This document shows, in pieces, positions 22,684 through 32,659 of a stretch of DNA of 64,000 nucleotides. Source of the stretch: Actinomycetota bacterium (GTDB lineage Bacteria > Actinomycetota > Thermoleophilia > BMS3ABIN01). The DNA lies in the NCBI GenBank assembly GCA_023382335.1, contig JAMCPM010000019.1:446-64445 (forward strand), in the 5' to 3' direction. The position numbers and the translations under genes were made by a program. Numbering within the stretch: position 1 is the stretch's first letter; every line of letters starts with the position of its first letter. A model generated the notes under the pieces. The model ran no database searches. It had not been told where the DNA came from and saw only the letters and a list, made by a program, of their open reading frames with translations.

Positions 22684-23487
22684 ATGAGCACAGCGTGTCT
22701 TGCGACCAGGACCACGACTGGATCAAACCGTGGGCATCTCAGCGAGGGGCAGTTGCTGGCAGCCTATTGCCGGCAGGGGGACACTCTTGCAAGGGACGAG
22801 CTGATCACCAGGTATCTGCCGTTGGTGTACGGGGTCTCACGGCGTTATTGCCAGCGCGGCGAGCAGCTCGAGGACCTGGTGCAGGTCGGCTGCATAGGCC
22901 TCATCAAGGCTATCGACCGCTTCGACATCGACCGCGGCGTCGCCCTTTCCACGTATGCCACACCCAACATCATCGGAGAGATCAAGCGTTACTTCCGTGA
23001 CAAGGGTTGGGCGGTCAAGGTGCCGCGAGGCCTCCTGGAGCTTCACATGCGCCTCGAGAAGGTAACCGGCGATCTGGCCGGGAGCTACAAGCGCGCTCCC
23101 AGTATCCACGAGCTTGCCGACGCCGCCGAATCCACTCCGGAAGAGGTAATGGAGGCCATCGAGGCCGGCAAGTCCCGCAACTCGCTCTCGCTCGACCATT
23201 CACTCAACCGCGGCGATGACGATGACGAACGGTTGCCGCTCGATACCATCGGCAACGTCGAGGACGGTTTTGACACCGCCGAAAAACGTCTGTTGCTGGA
23301 GCCGGGATTCGCCCGCCTGACCAAACGCGAGCGCAACATTCTGCACCAGAGATTCTTCGAGGGCTTGACTCAGTCGCAAATAGCGGCGAACATAGGCGTG
23401 TCCCAGATGCACGTCTCCCGCCTGATACGGCGAGCCCTTGCAAAAGTGCGCGCCGAGATAGAGCAGCGGGAAGGAAAGGAGAGCTGA
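22684..23487 (+). CDS. SigB/SigF/SigG-family (group 3) RNA polymerase sigma factor
   Basis: Region 2 (YLPLVYGVSRRY...DLVQVGCIGLIKAIDRFD), region 3, and a region 4 HTH (LTQSQIAANIGVSQMHVSRL). ATG 22684 after GGAGGTGG. Confidence 0.88.
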   Translation: MSTACLATRTTTGSNRGHLSEGQLLAAYCRQGDTLARDELITRYLPLVYGVSRRYCQRGEQLEDLVQVGCIGLIKAIDRFDIDRGVALSTYATPNIIGEIKRYFRDKGWAVKVPRGLLELHMRLEKVTGDLAGSYKRAPSIHELADAAESTPEEVMEAIEAGKSRNSLSLDHSLNRGDDDDERLPLDTIGNVEDGFDTAEKRLLLEPGFARLTKRERNILHQRFFEGLTQSQIAANIGVSQMHVSRLIRRALAKVRAEIEQREGKES

Positions 23488-23496
23488 CAGTCCTAG

Positions 23497-26118
23497 TTGA
23501 AGAGTCATGAGATTCGCTCCAGTTTTCGTGAGTTCTTCCTCGAGAACGGGCACGAAAGCCGTCCCAGCTCGTCGCTGGTTCCGGCCAAAGATCCCACAGT
23601 GTTGCTTACCACTGCCGGTATGCAGCAGTTCAAGCCTTATTTCCTTGGGATCCAGCCGGCGCCGCATCCGCGTTTAACCACTTGCCAGAAGTGTTTCCGC
23701 ACGACCGACATCGATCGTGTCGGCAAGACCGCCAGGCATCTCACTTTCTTCGAGATGCTGGGAAACTTCTCGTTCGGCGATTACTTCAAGGAAGGCGCAA
23801 TCGACCTTGCCTGGCGTTTTTCGACCCAGGTGCTCAAGCTCGACACCAGCAAGATCTGGGTGAGCATGTTTCGCGGCGACGACCAGGTCGGCGCTGACGA
23901 GGAGGCGCGGACAGCATGGAAAGCGGCCGGCATCGACGAAAACCGCATCGTGCCGCTGCCTGCCGAGGACAACTTCTGGTCTGCGGGCCCCACCGGCCCC
24001 TGCGGGCCCTGCACCGAACTTTATTATGACCTGGGAGAGGCTGCGGGCTGCGACGATCCCGATTGCCGCCCGGGATGCGACTGCGACCGCTTCGTCGAAT
24101 TCTGGAATCTGGTCTTCATGCAGTTCAATCGCGACGAAGCCGGCCTGCTGACCCCCTTGCCGAAGCAGAACGTAGATACAGGCATGGGCCTGGAGCGCAT
24201 CACCGCCGTCATGGAAGGCGAACTGGCGGTGTTCGGCACCGACGTGTTCCAGCCCCTGATCGGGCATATCTGCGATACTTCCGGCGCCAGCTACGGCAAG
24301 GAAGACAAAACCGATCGCGCTATCCGCGTGCTCGCCGACCACAGTCGCGCCATGACCTTCCTCATCAGCGATGGGGTCTTTGCCGGCAATGAAGGCCGCG
24401 GCTATGTGCTGCGCCGGGTCATGCGCCGCGCCATCCAGGCGGCTTCGACCCTGGAGATCGGCGCGCCTTTCCTTTCATCCCTCTGCGACCGGGTCATCGA
24501 GACGATGAAAGACACTTATCCGGAGCTCGAACAGCACCGCAAGATGATCGAAGAGGTGACCACCGGGGAGGAGCGCCGCTTTGGCATGACGCTGCAACAG
24601 GGCAACGCCATCCTTATGCAGGCCATCGGCGAGAGGAAGAATGCCGGCGGCCACACCATCGAGGGAGACGTCGCCTTCCGCCTGCACGATACGTATGGAT
24701 TTCCCTTCGACCTCACCCGCGAGATCATCGAAGACGAGGGGCTCGAGGTCGACGAAGAAGAATTCGACCGCCTGATGGAGGAGCAGCGCCAGCGGGCGCG
24801 CACTTCCATGAAGGAGGTCGGCACCGAAGAGCGCGAGGCGCTGGCCGAACTGGGGCGCCAGGCCAAGGTGCGCACGGAGTTCGTGGGCTATCAAAAGAAC
24901 GAGCTGCACACATCGATCGGCGACCTCAGGGAACTGGGCGGCGGCCGTGTGGTGCTTAAGCTGCGCGAATCGCCTTTCTACGCCGAGTCGGGCGGGCAGA
25001 TCTCCGACACCGGCTGGATCCACACCGAGGACGGCAAGGCCGACGTCATCGAGGTCTATTCCCTCGACGGCGACCAGGTGATCCTGGCTGAGGTGGAGGA
25101 GGGCAGGCTCGAGGCCGGCGCCAGGGCCAAAGCCATGATCAACCGTGTCCGCCGCCACGCAACCGCTTGCAACCATACCGCCACCCACCTGCTGCAAAAT
25201 GCGCTGCGCAGCCTGCTGGGAGAGCAGGTTCGGCAGGGAGGCTCGTCCGTGGGTCCTGACAAGCTGCGCTTCGACTTCACTCACACCAAGGCGCTCAGCG
25301 ATGATGAGCTATCAAGGATAGAAGATATAGTCAACCGCAAGATCATCGAGAACCATCCGGTCAAGGCTTTTACCACCACGATGGATTATGCCCGCGACAT
25401 GGGCGCCATCGCGCTATTTGACGAGAAGTATGGAGAATTCGTGCGCGTCATCGAGGTAGGGGACTTCAGCCGCGAGCTCTGCGGCGGCACCCACGTCACC
25501 AGCACCGCCCAGATAGGCTGTCTCAAGATCGTCTCCGAATCCAGCGTCGGCGCCAACCTGCGCCGCATCGAAGCCATAACTTCCAAGGCCGCCATCGATT
25601 ACTTGCGCGGCCGTGACCGGCTGGTGAGCGATCTGGCCGGACAGGTCAAGACCGACCCGGCCCGTCTGCAGTCAGCGGTCGCCTCCATGGAGGAGGAGCT
25701 CAAGAGCCTGCGCCTTCTGGCAAAAGAGGCTTCTTCCGGGAAGATGGCGGATCTCGGGCAGACGCTGTCTTCCCGCGCCGAGGCTGCCGGCGATTTTAAA
25801 ATCCTGGTGGAACAGGTCGAGGTCGATGGCAGCGATCAGATGATGGAGCTCTCGGACAAGCTGCGTGAAGAGCTTGCGCCGGCGGCTGTGTTCCTGGCGC
25901 TGGTTGATGGAGGCAGCGTCAGCCTGGTTGCGAACTTCTCCGACGCCGTCATCGGCAAAGGCGCCCGCGCCGGTGATCTCGTCAAGGAAGTGGCGCCGCT
26001 GGTCGGCGGCAAGGGCGGGGGACGTCCCGCCATGGCCCGCGGCGGCGGCAACAATGCCGGCGGCGTTGCCGATGCGCTTGCCGCTGCCAGGACCTGGCTG
26101 TCCCAAAAGCTGGCCTGA
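23497..26118 (+). CDS. alaS: alanine--tRNA ligase
   Basis: FFEMLGNFSFGDYFK, an editing domain with the HTATHLL motif, and a C-terminal DHHA1-like domain. TTG start. Confidence 0.96.
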   Translation: MKSHEIRSSFREFFLENGHESRPSSSLVPAKDPTVLLTTAGMQQFKPYFLGIQPAPHPRLTTCQKCFRTTDIDRVGKTARHLTFFEMLGNFSFGDYFKEGAIDLAWRFSTQVLKLDTSKIWVSMFRGDDQVGADEEARTAWKAAGIDENRIVPLPAEDNFWSAGPTGPCGPCTELYYDLGEAAGCDDPDCRPGCDCDRFVEFWNLVFMQFNRDEAGLLTPLPKQNVDTGMGLERITAVMEGELAVFGTDVFQPLIGHICDTSGASYGKEDKTDRAIRVLADHSRAMTFLISDGVFAGNEGRGYVLRRVMRRAIQAASTLEIGAPFLSSLCDRVIETMKDTYPELEQHRKMIEEVTTGEERRFGMTLQQGNAILMQAIGERKNAGGHTIEGDVAFRLHDTYGFPFDLTREIIEDEGLEVDEEEFDRLMEEQRQRARTSMKEVGTEEREALAELGRQAKVRTEFVGYQKNELHTSIGDLRELGGGRVVLKLRESPFYAESGGQISDTGWIHTEDGKADVIEVYSLDGDQVILAEVEEGRLEAGARAKAMINRVRRHATACNHTATHLLQNALRSLLGEQVRQGGSSVGPDKLRFDFTHTKALSDDELSRIEDIVNRKIIENHPVKAFTTTMDYARDMGAIALFDEKYGEFVRVIEVGDFSRELCGGTHVTSTAQIGCLKIVSESSVGANLRRIEAITSKAAIDYLRGRDRLVSDLAGQVKTDPARLQSAVASMEEELKSLRLLAKEASSGKMADLGQTLSSRAEAAGDFKILVEQVEVDGSDQMMELSDKLREELAPAAVFLALVDGGSVSLVANFSDAVIGKGARAGDLVKEVAPLVGGKGGGRPAMARGGGNNAGGVADALAAARTWLSQKLA

Positions 26119-26129
26119 AGCGCCGACTG

Positions 26130-26543
26130 ATGCGTATCATGGCCCTCGATTACGGGCGCGTCCACACCGGCGTTGCCCTCAGCGATCCCAGCGGAACCAT
26201 CGTACGGCCTCTTGAAGCCGTCAACGGCGCCTCTTCCTCCGACGGTTTGACGAAGCTTAAAAATCTGGTGGAATCTGAAAGAGCGGATGAGGTCATCGTC
26301 GGGCTGCCCGTCTCCCTCAGCGGCGAGCTGGGAGCGCAGGCGCAGGAGACAGAGGCATTCATCGAAGCATTGAAGCAAGCGCTGTCCGTGCCGGTCCGTT
26401 CCTGGGACGAGCGCTACACAAGCCGCATCGCCGCCGAAAAGGGAAGGGGCTCCGGCAGCGATCCCCATTCGCTGGCAGCCTGCTGCCTGCTGGAGGATTA
26501 TCTGGGCTCGGCCGCCTTCCGGGAACACAGCGGCGGCGAATAA
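26130..26543 (+). CDS. ruvX: Holliday junction resolvase-like RuvX (YqgF)
   Basis: MRIMALDYGRVHTGVALSD, with alaS-ruvX-mltG synteny. Confidence 0.9.
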   Translation: MRIMALDYGRVHTGVALSDPSGTIVRPLEAVNGASSSDGLTKLKNLVESERADEVIVGLPVSLSGELGAQAQETEAFIEALKQALSVPVRSWDERYTSRIAAEKGRGSGSDPHSLAACCLLEDYLGSAAFREHSGGE

Positions 26544-26642
26544 CCGCGGCGGCGCCCGAGGCGAGTGGGGCTGGATGACGGTCCCGCGCCGGGAATTTCC
26601 CCAGGTGCTATAGTATTCTCCAGGAATATCACCCCATTGATC

Positions 26643-27674
26643 ATGCATAAGCCCCGTTCACATTCCAGAATGCCTGAATCCGCGAAAGATCGCGTCCGCT
26701 TTGCCGCGATCGCCTTCATCGTGGCGGCGATGGCGCCGTTGCTCCTGCTGGCCGGCTGCGGCAGCACGCCAAAGACCGGGGAGGTAACCATCCGCGTCTC
26801 TCCCGGCACCACCACGGCCGAGATCGCGCGCATGCTGGTCGACGAGAATGTGATCGACAGTGAGAGGGATTTCACCAGCAAGGCCAATGAGGCCGGCATC
26901 GACCAGAAGCTGCAGGCCGGCACCTACATCTTCCAGCGCGGCGAGCCGATCGACAGCATCCTCAATAAACTGGACCAGGGCCTTCAGGCCCCCGAGGGAA
27001 TGCTCACTGTTCCGGAAGGATTCAGCCTGGCCGATATCGCCAGCCTGGTCGCCTCCAGGACTTCCATCACTAAAAGCGCCTATGTCGCCGCGGCAACTCC
27101 GAAGGGCAGGACCCTGCCGCTCGATGGCGCCGCCGGCGCCGAGAACCTCGAGGGGTTCCTCTTTCCCAGCACGTACAACCTCGACCCGGACACCGACGCC
27201 GCCAGCCTGGTCGCCGAGCAGCTTGATTCCTTCAAGAATGAGACGGCTTCGCTTGATTGGGGAAATGCGAAGAAGCTGGGGCTGACGGAATATCAGGTGC
27301 TGACGGTCGCATCGATGGTGGAGCGTGAGGCAAGGGTGCCTGAGGAAAGATCGCTGGTGGCAGCGGTCATCTATAACCGCCTGGGCATCGGCATGAAGCT
27401 CGAGATCGACGCCACCGTCCAGTACGCCGTCGGTTCATGGAAACGCGATCTGACCATCGACGACCTGGCCACGCCGTCTCCGTACAATACGAGGCTTTAT
27501 GCTGGGCTGCCGCCGGGACCGATCTGCAATCCCGGCATCGAGTCGATCAAGGCCGCGTTAGAGCCGGCCCAGGTGGACTACATTTATTACGTGGCAACCG
27601 GTGACGACGCCGGCCACCACATCTTCACCAGTTCCTACGAAGATTTCCTCAAGGCTTCGGCCAATCGCCAGTAA
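26643..27674 (+). CDS. mltG: endolytic murein transglycosylase MltG (YceG)
   Basis: N-terminal TM anchor and YNTRLYAGLPPGPICNPG. ATG 26643 preferred over the track start at 26565. Confidence 0.88.
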   Translation: MHKPRSHSRMPESAKDRVRFAAIAFIVAAMAPLLLLAGCGSTPKTGEVTIRVSPGTTTAEIARMLVDENVIDSERDFTSKANEAGIDQKLQAGTYIFQRGEPIDSILNKLDQGLQAPEGMLTVPEGFSLADIASLVASRTSITKSAYVAAATPKGRTLPLDGAAGAENLEGFLFPSTYNLDPDTDAASLVAEQLDSFKNETASLDWGNAKKLGLTEYQVLTVASMVEREARVPEERSLVAAVIYNRLGIGMKLEIDATVQYAVGSWKRDLTIDDLATPSPYNTRLYAGLPPGPICNPGIESIKAALEPAQVDYIYYVATGDDAGHHIFTSSYEDFLKASANRQ

Positions 27675-27730
27675 TCCGTTCCGTTTCGGCCAGCCGCCAG
27701 TAATCGGTTCCGCGCTTCGGCATCCCCCAG

Positions 27731-28531
27731 CTACCAAGGCTCTACCCTCAGATCAGCCCCCAGATGATAGCGGCTGATCTCGCGGATGCCCCGCCAGACC
27801 TCCCGCGAGGTCTGAATATCCATGGACACGCCGGGGGCGCCGGAGAGAGGAAGCTCCAGCAGCAGCCGCATCGACTCCAGGGTCTGCGGCAGAACCAGGA
27901 AGGATTCGCCGGCGCAATTCTCGCAGAGCGCGCCGCCGGCCTGGGCTGAGAAGCGGGGCAGCCCCTCGCCCGAGCCGCATACGGCGCAATCGGCAAGATG
28001 GGGGAGGATGCCCGCCAGCAGCAGGAGCTTGAGCCCGGCTGCCAGGGTTATCCGCGTGAAGATCGAGACGCCGTTTGCCTCGTAACCATCTTTCCGCTTC
28101 ACGCCGCCAGCGGCCTTGTCATCTCCGCCGGCGCTTCCAAACGCCCGGCAGGCCGCGTCCATCTCATCAAGGTAGTTGACCAGCAGGTTGAAAGTGCGGG
28201 GGCGGCGCTCGAAATCGGAAGTGGCCCGGTTGATCATGTCGATGAAGGCCAGGCCGGTCTTGAGCGCGGGAGAGATGTCCCTTATCGCAGCGTGAGTCTT
28301 TACCGTGTCGGCGCCGGTCAGAGTGTGAAGGTTGCGCCCCTCGTGCAGCTGCGTCTGAAGATGAGTGAACGGCTCCAGGCGGCCGCCGAATCTTGAGGTG
28401 ACCTTGCGAACGCCTTTAACCACGGTGGGAACCTTGCCGCGCGAAGAGGTGAAGAGGGTCACCACGCGGTCGGCATCCCGGAGCTTGTGGGAGCCCATCA
28501 CGATCGCTTCGGTGGAGTAGGTGCGGGCCAT
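27731..28531 (-). CDS. recO: DNA repair protein RecO
   Basis: OB-fold N-terminus (EAIVMGSHKLRDADRVVTLFT) and a zinc finger CAVCG...CENC. Confidence 0.9.
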   Translation of the reverse strand: MARTYSTEAIVMGSHKLRDADRVVTLFTSSRGKVPTVVKGVRKVTSRFGGRLEPFTHLQTQLHEGRNLHTLTGADTVKTHAAIRDISPALKTGLAFIDMINRATSDFERRPRTFNLLVNYLDEMDAACRAFGSAGGDDKAAGGVKRKDGYEANGVSIFTRITLAAGLKLLLLAGILPHLADCAVCGSGEGLPRFSAQAGGALCENCAGESFLVLPQTLESMRLLLELPLSGAPGVSMDIQTSREVWRGIREISRYHLGADLRVEPW

Positions 28532-28547
28532 TACCCGGCAGCTGGCG

Positions 28548-29387
28548 CTACTTGTAGCTTTTCAGCCGGTAAAAGGCCCTGGCTGTGGAGAAAACATCGT
28601 TGCGCTCATCCGTCTTGCTGATAATCTCGGCGGCGCGCCCGATCCCAGGGACGAACCATGAATAATCTGTGACGGTCGTCGTTGCGCCACCGGACTTCGA
28701 GCTGACTTTCGTCTGCAACAGCCAGGCATCGAAGGTGCCGGCCGGCACCGTCAGCTGGTTGCGGGCTATCACCCGGTTCTCGGCGGTCACATCCGAAATT
28801 GACCCGCCATCGCGCTCTGTGTATGTATCTACCCAGTTGGTGCCCACGGTCATGGGGAAGACCAGCGCCCGCGAACGGGCGGAATAGGTGACTGACGGCC
28901 TGCCGTCGGCAAACGAGCGCCCGTATGAGAACCAGGTGCTGCTGTCGCGAGACTGGAAGGTATACTCCGACGCCGCAGCTGAATTCCACGAAGTGCCGGA
29001 AGATACGGAGGCGTCTGCGAATTGCCTGGAGTCCGGAGACTGGCTGGTGGCAAGCAGACTCACCGAAAGGCTGGCATCGGTTGGCCCGCTGGCGAACTTC
29101 CAGGGCCCGATGGGGTCAAAAGATACCGATGCGACAGTTCCGGGGCTGTTGGAGTCATAGACCACTTCATGCCCTGGGGTGATGGGAAGATCGACCGCGT
29201 TGAAAGCTTCCAGACCGGCTCCGGACGATGCGCCGGAAGTCGAGACCTGGGCGCCGGCCTGCGCCACCGCGGGGTCCTGCCCTGAGTCGCCGTGCTTCGA
29301 TTCGCCGCATCCTGCCGCCAGCAGGGTGGCAGCGGGCAGCAATGCCAATGCCGCAATCAGAAAATATGTCCGCATAAGCTTCCTCAT
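28548..29387 (-). CDS. lipoprotein of unknown function
   Basis: Lipobox LLAAGCG after a hydrophobic signal; Ser/Thr-rich mature part. Confidence 0.6.
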   Translation of the reverse strand: MRKLMRTYFLIAALALLPAATLLAAGCGESKHGDSGQDPAVAQAGAQVSTSGASSGAGLEAFNAVDLPITPGHEVVYDSNSPGTVASVSFDPIGPWKFASGPTDASLSVSLLATSQSPDSRQFADASVSSGTSWNSAAASEYTFQSRDSSTWFSYGRSFADGRPSVTYSARSRALVFPMTVGTNWVDTYTERDGGSISDVTAENRVIARNQLTVPAGTFDAWLLQTKVSSKSGGATTTVTDYSWFVPGIGRAAEIISKTDERNDVFSTARAFYRLKSYK

Positions 29388-29475
29388 CGATCATCAATAA
29401 TATCACGGCGCTGGCGGGCCCGCCTGAGCGAATCCTTGTTAATTTTTCCTGCTTTCTATAGAATTACTCCCCGCC

Positions 29476-30339
29476 TTGGATGACTTTCCCACGTTTCAGA
29501 ATATTATCCTGACCCTGCAGCAGTATTGGGCTTCGCAGGGTTGCCTGATCATGCAGCCATACCACACCGAAGTAGGGGCCGGAACCTTCAACCCCGCAAC
29601 CTTTCTACGCTGCCTCGACGACAAACCATGGCGCGCCGCCTACGTGGAGCCGTCCATCCGGCCGACCGACGGGCGCTACGGCGAAAATCCCTATCGCCTT
29701 TCCCACTACTATCAGTTCCAGGTGATCCTCAAACCCGCTCCGGAAGACGTCCAGGACATCTACCTGAATTCACTGGCCGAACTTGGAGTCGACCTCGCAG
29801 CGCACGACGTGCGCTTCGTCGAGGACGACTGGGAGGGGCCGACGCTCGGAGCCTGGGGCCTGGGCTGGGAGGTCTGGATAGACGGCATGGAAGCCACCCA
29901 GTTCACTTATTTCCAGCAGGTCGGCGGCATCGATCTGAATCCGGTCTCGGTCGAGCTCACCTACGGCCTGGAGCGCATAGCCATGTACCTGCAGAAGAAG
30001 GATAGCGTCTATGACCTGGTGTGGTCAGAGGGCGTCACATATGGCGATGTCTACCAGGAAAACGAGGCCCAGTGGTCGCGCTACAACTTCGAAGTCGCCG
30101 ATACCGGGTTGCTGTTCTCCCACTTTGCTGATTACGAGCAGGAATGCGAGCGCTGTCTGGCTGCCGGTCTGCCGCGGCCGGCCTACGACTTCGTTCTCAA
30201 ATGCTCGCACGCCTTCAATCTGCTCGACTCCCGCGGCGTCATCAGCGTCACCGACCGCACCGGCTATATTGCCAGGGTGCGCAACCTCGCCCGCCGCTGC
30301 GCCGAGATGTATCTCAAACAGGGACAGGCAGAAGAATGA
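29476..30339 (+). CDS. glyQ: glycine--tRNA ligase alpha subunit
   Basis: [39 protein letters not shown] start. Confidence 0.95.
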   Translation: MDDFPTFQNIILTLQQYWASQGCLIMQPYHTEVGAGTFNPATFLRCLDDKPWRAAYVEPSIRPTDGRYGENPYRLSHYYQFQVILKPAPEDVQDIYLNSLAELGVDLAAHDVRFVEDDWEGPTLGAWGLGWEVWIDGMEATQFTYFQQVGGIDLNPVSVELTYGLERIAMYLQKKDSVYDLVWSEGVTYGDVYQENEAQWSRYNFEVADTGLLFSHFADYEQECERCLAAGLPRPAYDFVLKCSHAFNLLDSRGVISVTDRTGYIARVRNLARRCAEMYLKQGQAEE

Positions 30340-32456
30340 CAGCCGCGGAAACCCAACGCGATTTCCTCTTCGAGATCGGCACTGAGGAACTGCCGGCGGC
30401 GGCGGCGCGCTCAGCTGCCGCGCAGGTGGGCCCGCTGGCTGAGAAGGTTCTGACAAGACATCATCTTGATGCAGACCCGGAAGGCCTTTCCGTCTGGGTG
30501 ACCCCCAGGCGCATTGCCATATATATAAGGGAACTGCCGGTAATGCAGCAGTCCCAGGAGAGCACCGACCGGGGGCCGATCGCCTCAAAGGCTTTCGATG
30601 CTGACGGCAAACCGACCAGGGCCGCCGAGGGATTCGCCCGCGCCAAAGGCGTCGCTGTCGGCGACCTCGAGTTGCGGGAGCATGACGGCCAGCAGTTCGT
30701 CTTTGCCATCCGGCGCAAGGAAGGCCTGCCGGCTGTGGAGATCCTCCCCGATGTCTGCCGCGAGATCCTGCTCGGCATAAATTTTCCCAAGACGATGCGC
30801 TGGCAAGGCGAGGGCATGCGCTTTTCGCGCCCCGTGCGCTGGCTGGCTGCCAAGTTCGGCAGCGATACGGTCGAATTTGAGATCCATGGCATCGTCTGCG
30901 GCGGCGTCAGCCGCGGCCACCGCTTTCTCTCGGCTGGCCCCGTTCCCATCGAGTCCGCTTCCAAATATAGGGAAGCGCTTCGCGCAGCCAAAGTCATCGT
31001 CGACCAGGAAGAACGCCGCGCAGCCATTCTCGAAGGGCTGGCGCTCGAGGCGGGCAAGAGGGGAGCTTCCTTCATCGATCCGGCCGGAGAGCTCGAAGAG
31101 GTCATGTACCTTGTCGAATATCCCAGCGTCCAGTCGGGCGATTACGGCGAGGAGCACCTGCGGCTGCCGGCGCGTGTGCTCACCACCTGCATGCAGTCGC
31201 ACCAGAGATATTTTCCGCTGACGGCCGAGGACGGTTCGATGATGGCGGGCTTTCTGTATGTGATGAATGGGGACCCTGCCAGCGCCCCGGAGATAACCCT
31301 GGGCAACGAGCGTGTGCTCGAGGGCAGGATCGAGGACGCGGAGTTTTCCTTCGACAAGGACATCGCCACGGGTATCGATACCATGGCCGATCGGCTGTCG
31401 GCCGTGGTCTTCCACCGGCGGCTGGGCTCGCTGGCTGACAAGAGCGAACGCCTGGTACTGCTGTCGGCAAGGCTTGGCAACATGGCCGGACTTGACGAGG
31501 CCGGCGTGAAAATAGCCGTGTCTGCCGCCCGGCTGGCCAAAGCCGACCAGGTGAGCATCATGGTTCAGGAATTCGCCGACCTCGAAGGCTACATCGGGTC
31601 GGTCTACGCCGAGATGGAAGCATACCCTGCTGACCTCTGCACCGCGATAGCGGAACATTTCCTTCCCGCTTTTGCTGGTGGCGCCCTGCCGTCCACCGCT
31701 CCCGGAGCCGTGCTGGCCATCGCCGATAAGGTCGACAATATCGTCGGCGCTTTCGGCGTAGACGAGGTACCGACAGGTTCGCGGGACCCATACGGAATCC
31801 GACGCGCCGGCGCCGGAATCGCGGCCATATCGCGTGAATACCGTTTTGATTTCAATCTCGACGACCTCTTCGCCGCGGGTCAGCGACTTTACATGGATCA
31901 AAAGGCTGACATCACACCTGATCTGTATATGTGTGCGGCCGCCCGCGAGTTTGTCTTCGACCGTATCCAGAATCGCATGGCCGAGAGCGGCATGCCGGTC
32001 GAGATCGTCGAGGCCGCACGCGCCGCTGGCATCAGGAGCACCTTGCGGCTGGAGAATCTGGCCGAAGCCCTGGACGCATTCCGCGCCGAGCCGGCTTTCG
32101 ATGACCTGCACACCGCTTATTTCCGCTGCACCAAGATCGCAGCCAAGGCCGGCGCCGACCTCGAAGGAGCCCAGGTAGACGAAAAACTTTTCGAGGAAGA
32201 TTCCGAGAGAGCCCTTTTCAGGGCTGTCGCGGAGATCGAGCCGGAGGTGACCAGGCTGACCGGTTCGCGCGATTACGCCGCGGCCCTGAAGGCAGCAGCC
32301 GCGATCCGCCCGGTAGTCGACCGGTTTTTCGATGAAGTCATGGTTATGGCAGAGGACGAGAAGGTGAGAAATAACCGGCTGGCGCTCGTTCTGCGCGCCG
32401 CCGCCATGCTCAGGCGGCTGGGCGATCCCATGCGCGTTGCCGCAGCGCCGAAATAA
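30336..32456 (+). CDS. glyS: glycine--tRNA ligase beta subunit
   Basis: [24 protein letters not shown] from the ATG at 30336 (ATGA overlap with the glyQ stop). The track start at 30144 is an out-of-gene extension. Confidence 0.95.
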   Translation: MTAAETQRDFLFEIGTEELPAAAARSAAAQVGPLAEKVLTRHHLDADPEGLSVWVTPRRIAIYIRELPVMQQSQESTDRGPIASKAFDADGKPTRAAEGFARAKGVAVGDLELREHDGQQFVFAIRRKEGLPAVEILPDVCREILLGINFPKTMRWQGEGMRFSRPVRWLAAKFGSDTVEFEIHGIVCGGVSRGHRFLSAGPVPIESASKYREALRAAKVIVDQEERRAAILEGLALEAGKRGASFIDPAGELEEVMYLVEYPSVQSGDYGEEHLRLPARVLTTCMQSHQRYFPLTAEDGSMMAGFLYVMNGDPASAPEITLGNERVLEGRIEDAEFSFDKDIATGIDTMADRLSAVVFHRRLGSLADKSERLVLLSARLGNMAGLDEAGVKIAVSAARLAKADQVSIMVQEFADLEGYIGSVYAEMEAYPADLCTAIAEHFLPAFAGGALPSTAPGAVLAIADKVDNIVGAFGVDEVPTGSRDPYGIRRAGAGIAAISREYRFDFNLDDLFAAGQRLYMDQKADITPDLYMCAAAREFVFDRIQNRMAESGMPVEIVEAARAAGIRSTLRLENLAEALDAFRAEPAFDDLHTAYFRCTKIAAKAGADLEGAQVDEKLFEEDSERALFRAVAEIEPEVTRLTGSRDYAAALKAAAAIRPVVDRFFDEVMVMAEDEKVRNNRLALVLRAAAMLRRLGDPMRVAAAPK

Positions 32457-32578
32457 TCGGCCTGATCTTTCGCCGAACCGTGCCATAAGCAAGGCCGTTA
32501 GATGTCTGCGGGGAAGCTTAAGGCCCCGCTATGGCCTAAATTAAAATCTTGCGATAAACTTTTGGCCCCACAATTTTG

Positions 32579-32624
32579 GGGACACATTACTTAATTAGTT
32601 TCACAAGGGACACATTACTTAATT
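32579..32624 (+). promoter_or_regulatory. two exact 18-bp direct repeats GGGACACATTACTTAATT upstream of ppdK
   Basis: Copies at 32579-32596 and 32607-32624, 28 bp centre to centre. The second copy ends 36 nt before the ppdK ATG. Confidence 0.7.
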
Positions 32625-32659
32625 CATAAACCGCTATCAGTACGACTGGGAGGAATTGC

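Noticed and set aside
29388-29475. Glycine T-box leader upstream of glyQS; also a possible T-box between hisS and aspS.
   Set aside because: The spacers are only about 88 and 100 nt. They are too short for a T-box and lack the conserved T-box sequence. A TTGTTA-17-TAGAAT promoter-like sequence at 29436-29464 would leave almost no leader, so I left it uncalled.
30144-30335. Track start for glyS 192 nt upstream, inside glyQ. Similar over-long N-termini occur at 21439-21696, 57566-57880, 13408-13698, 41102-41179 and 49412-49480.
   Set aside because: The conserved N-termini begin at internal starts that either overlap the upstream stop (ATGA/GTGA/TTG) or follow an SD. The extra residues are Arg/Pro-rich and overlap neighbouring genes.
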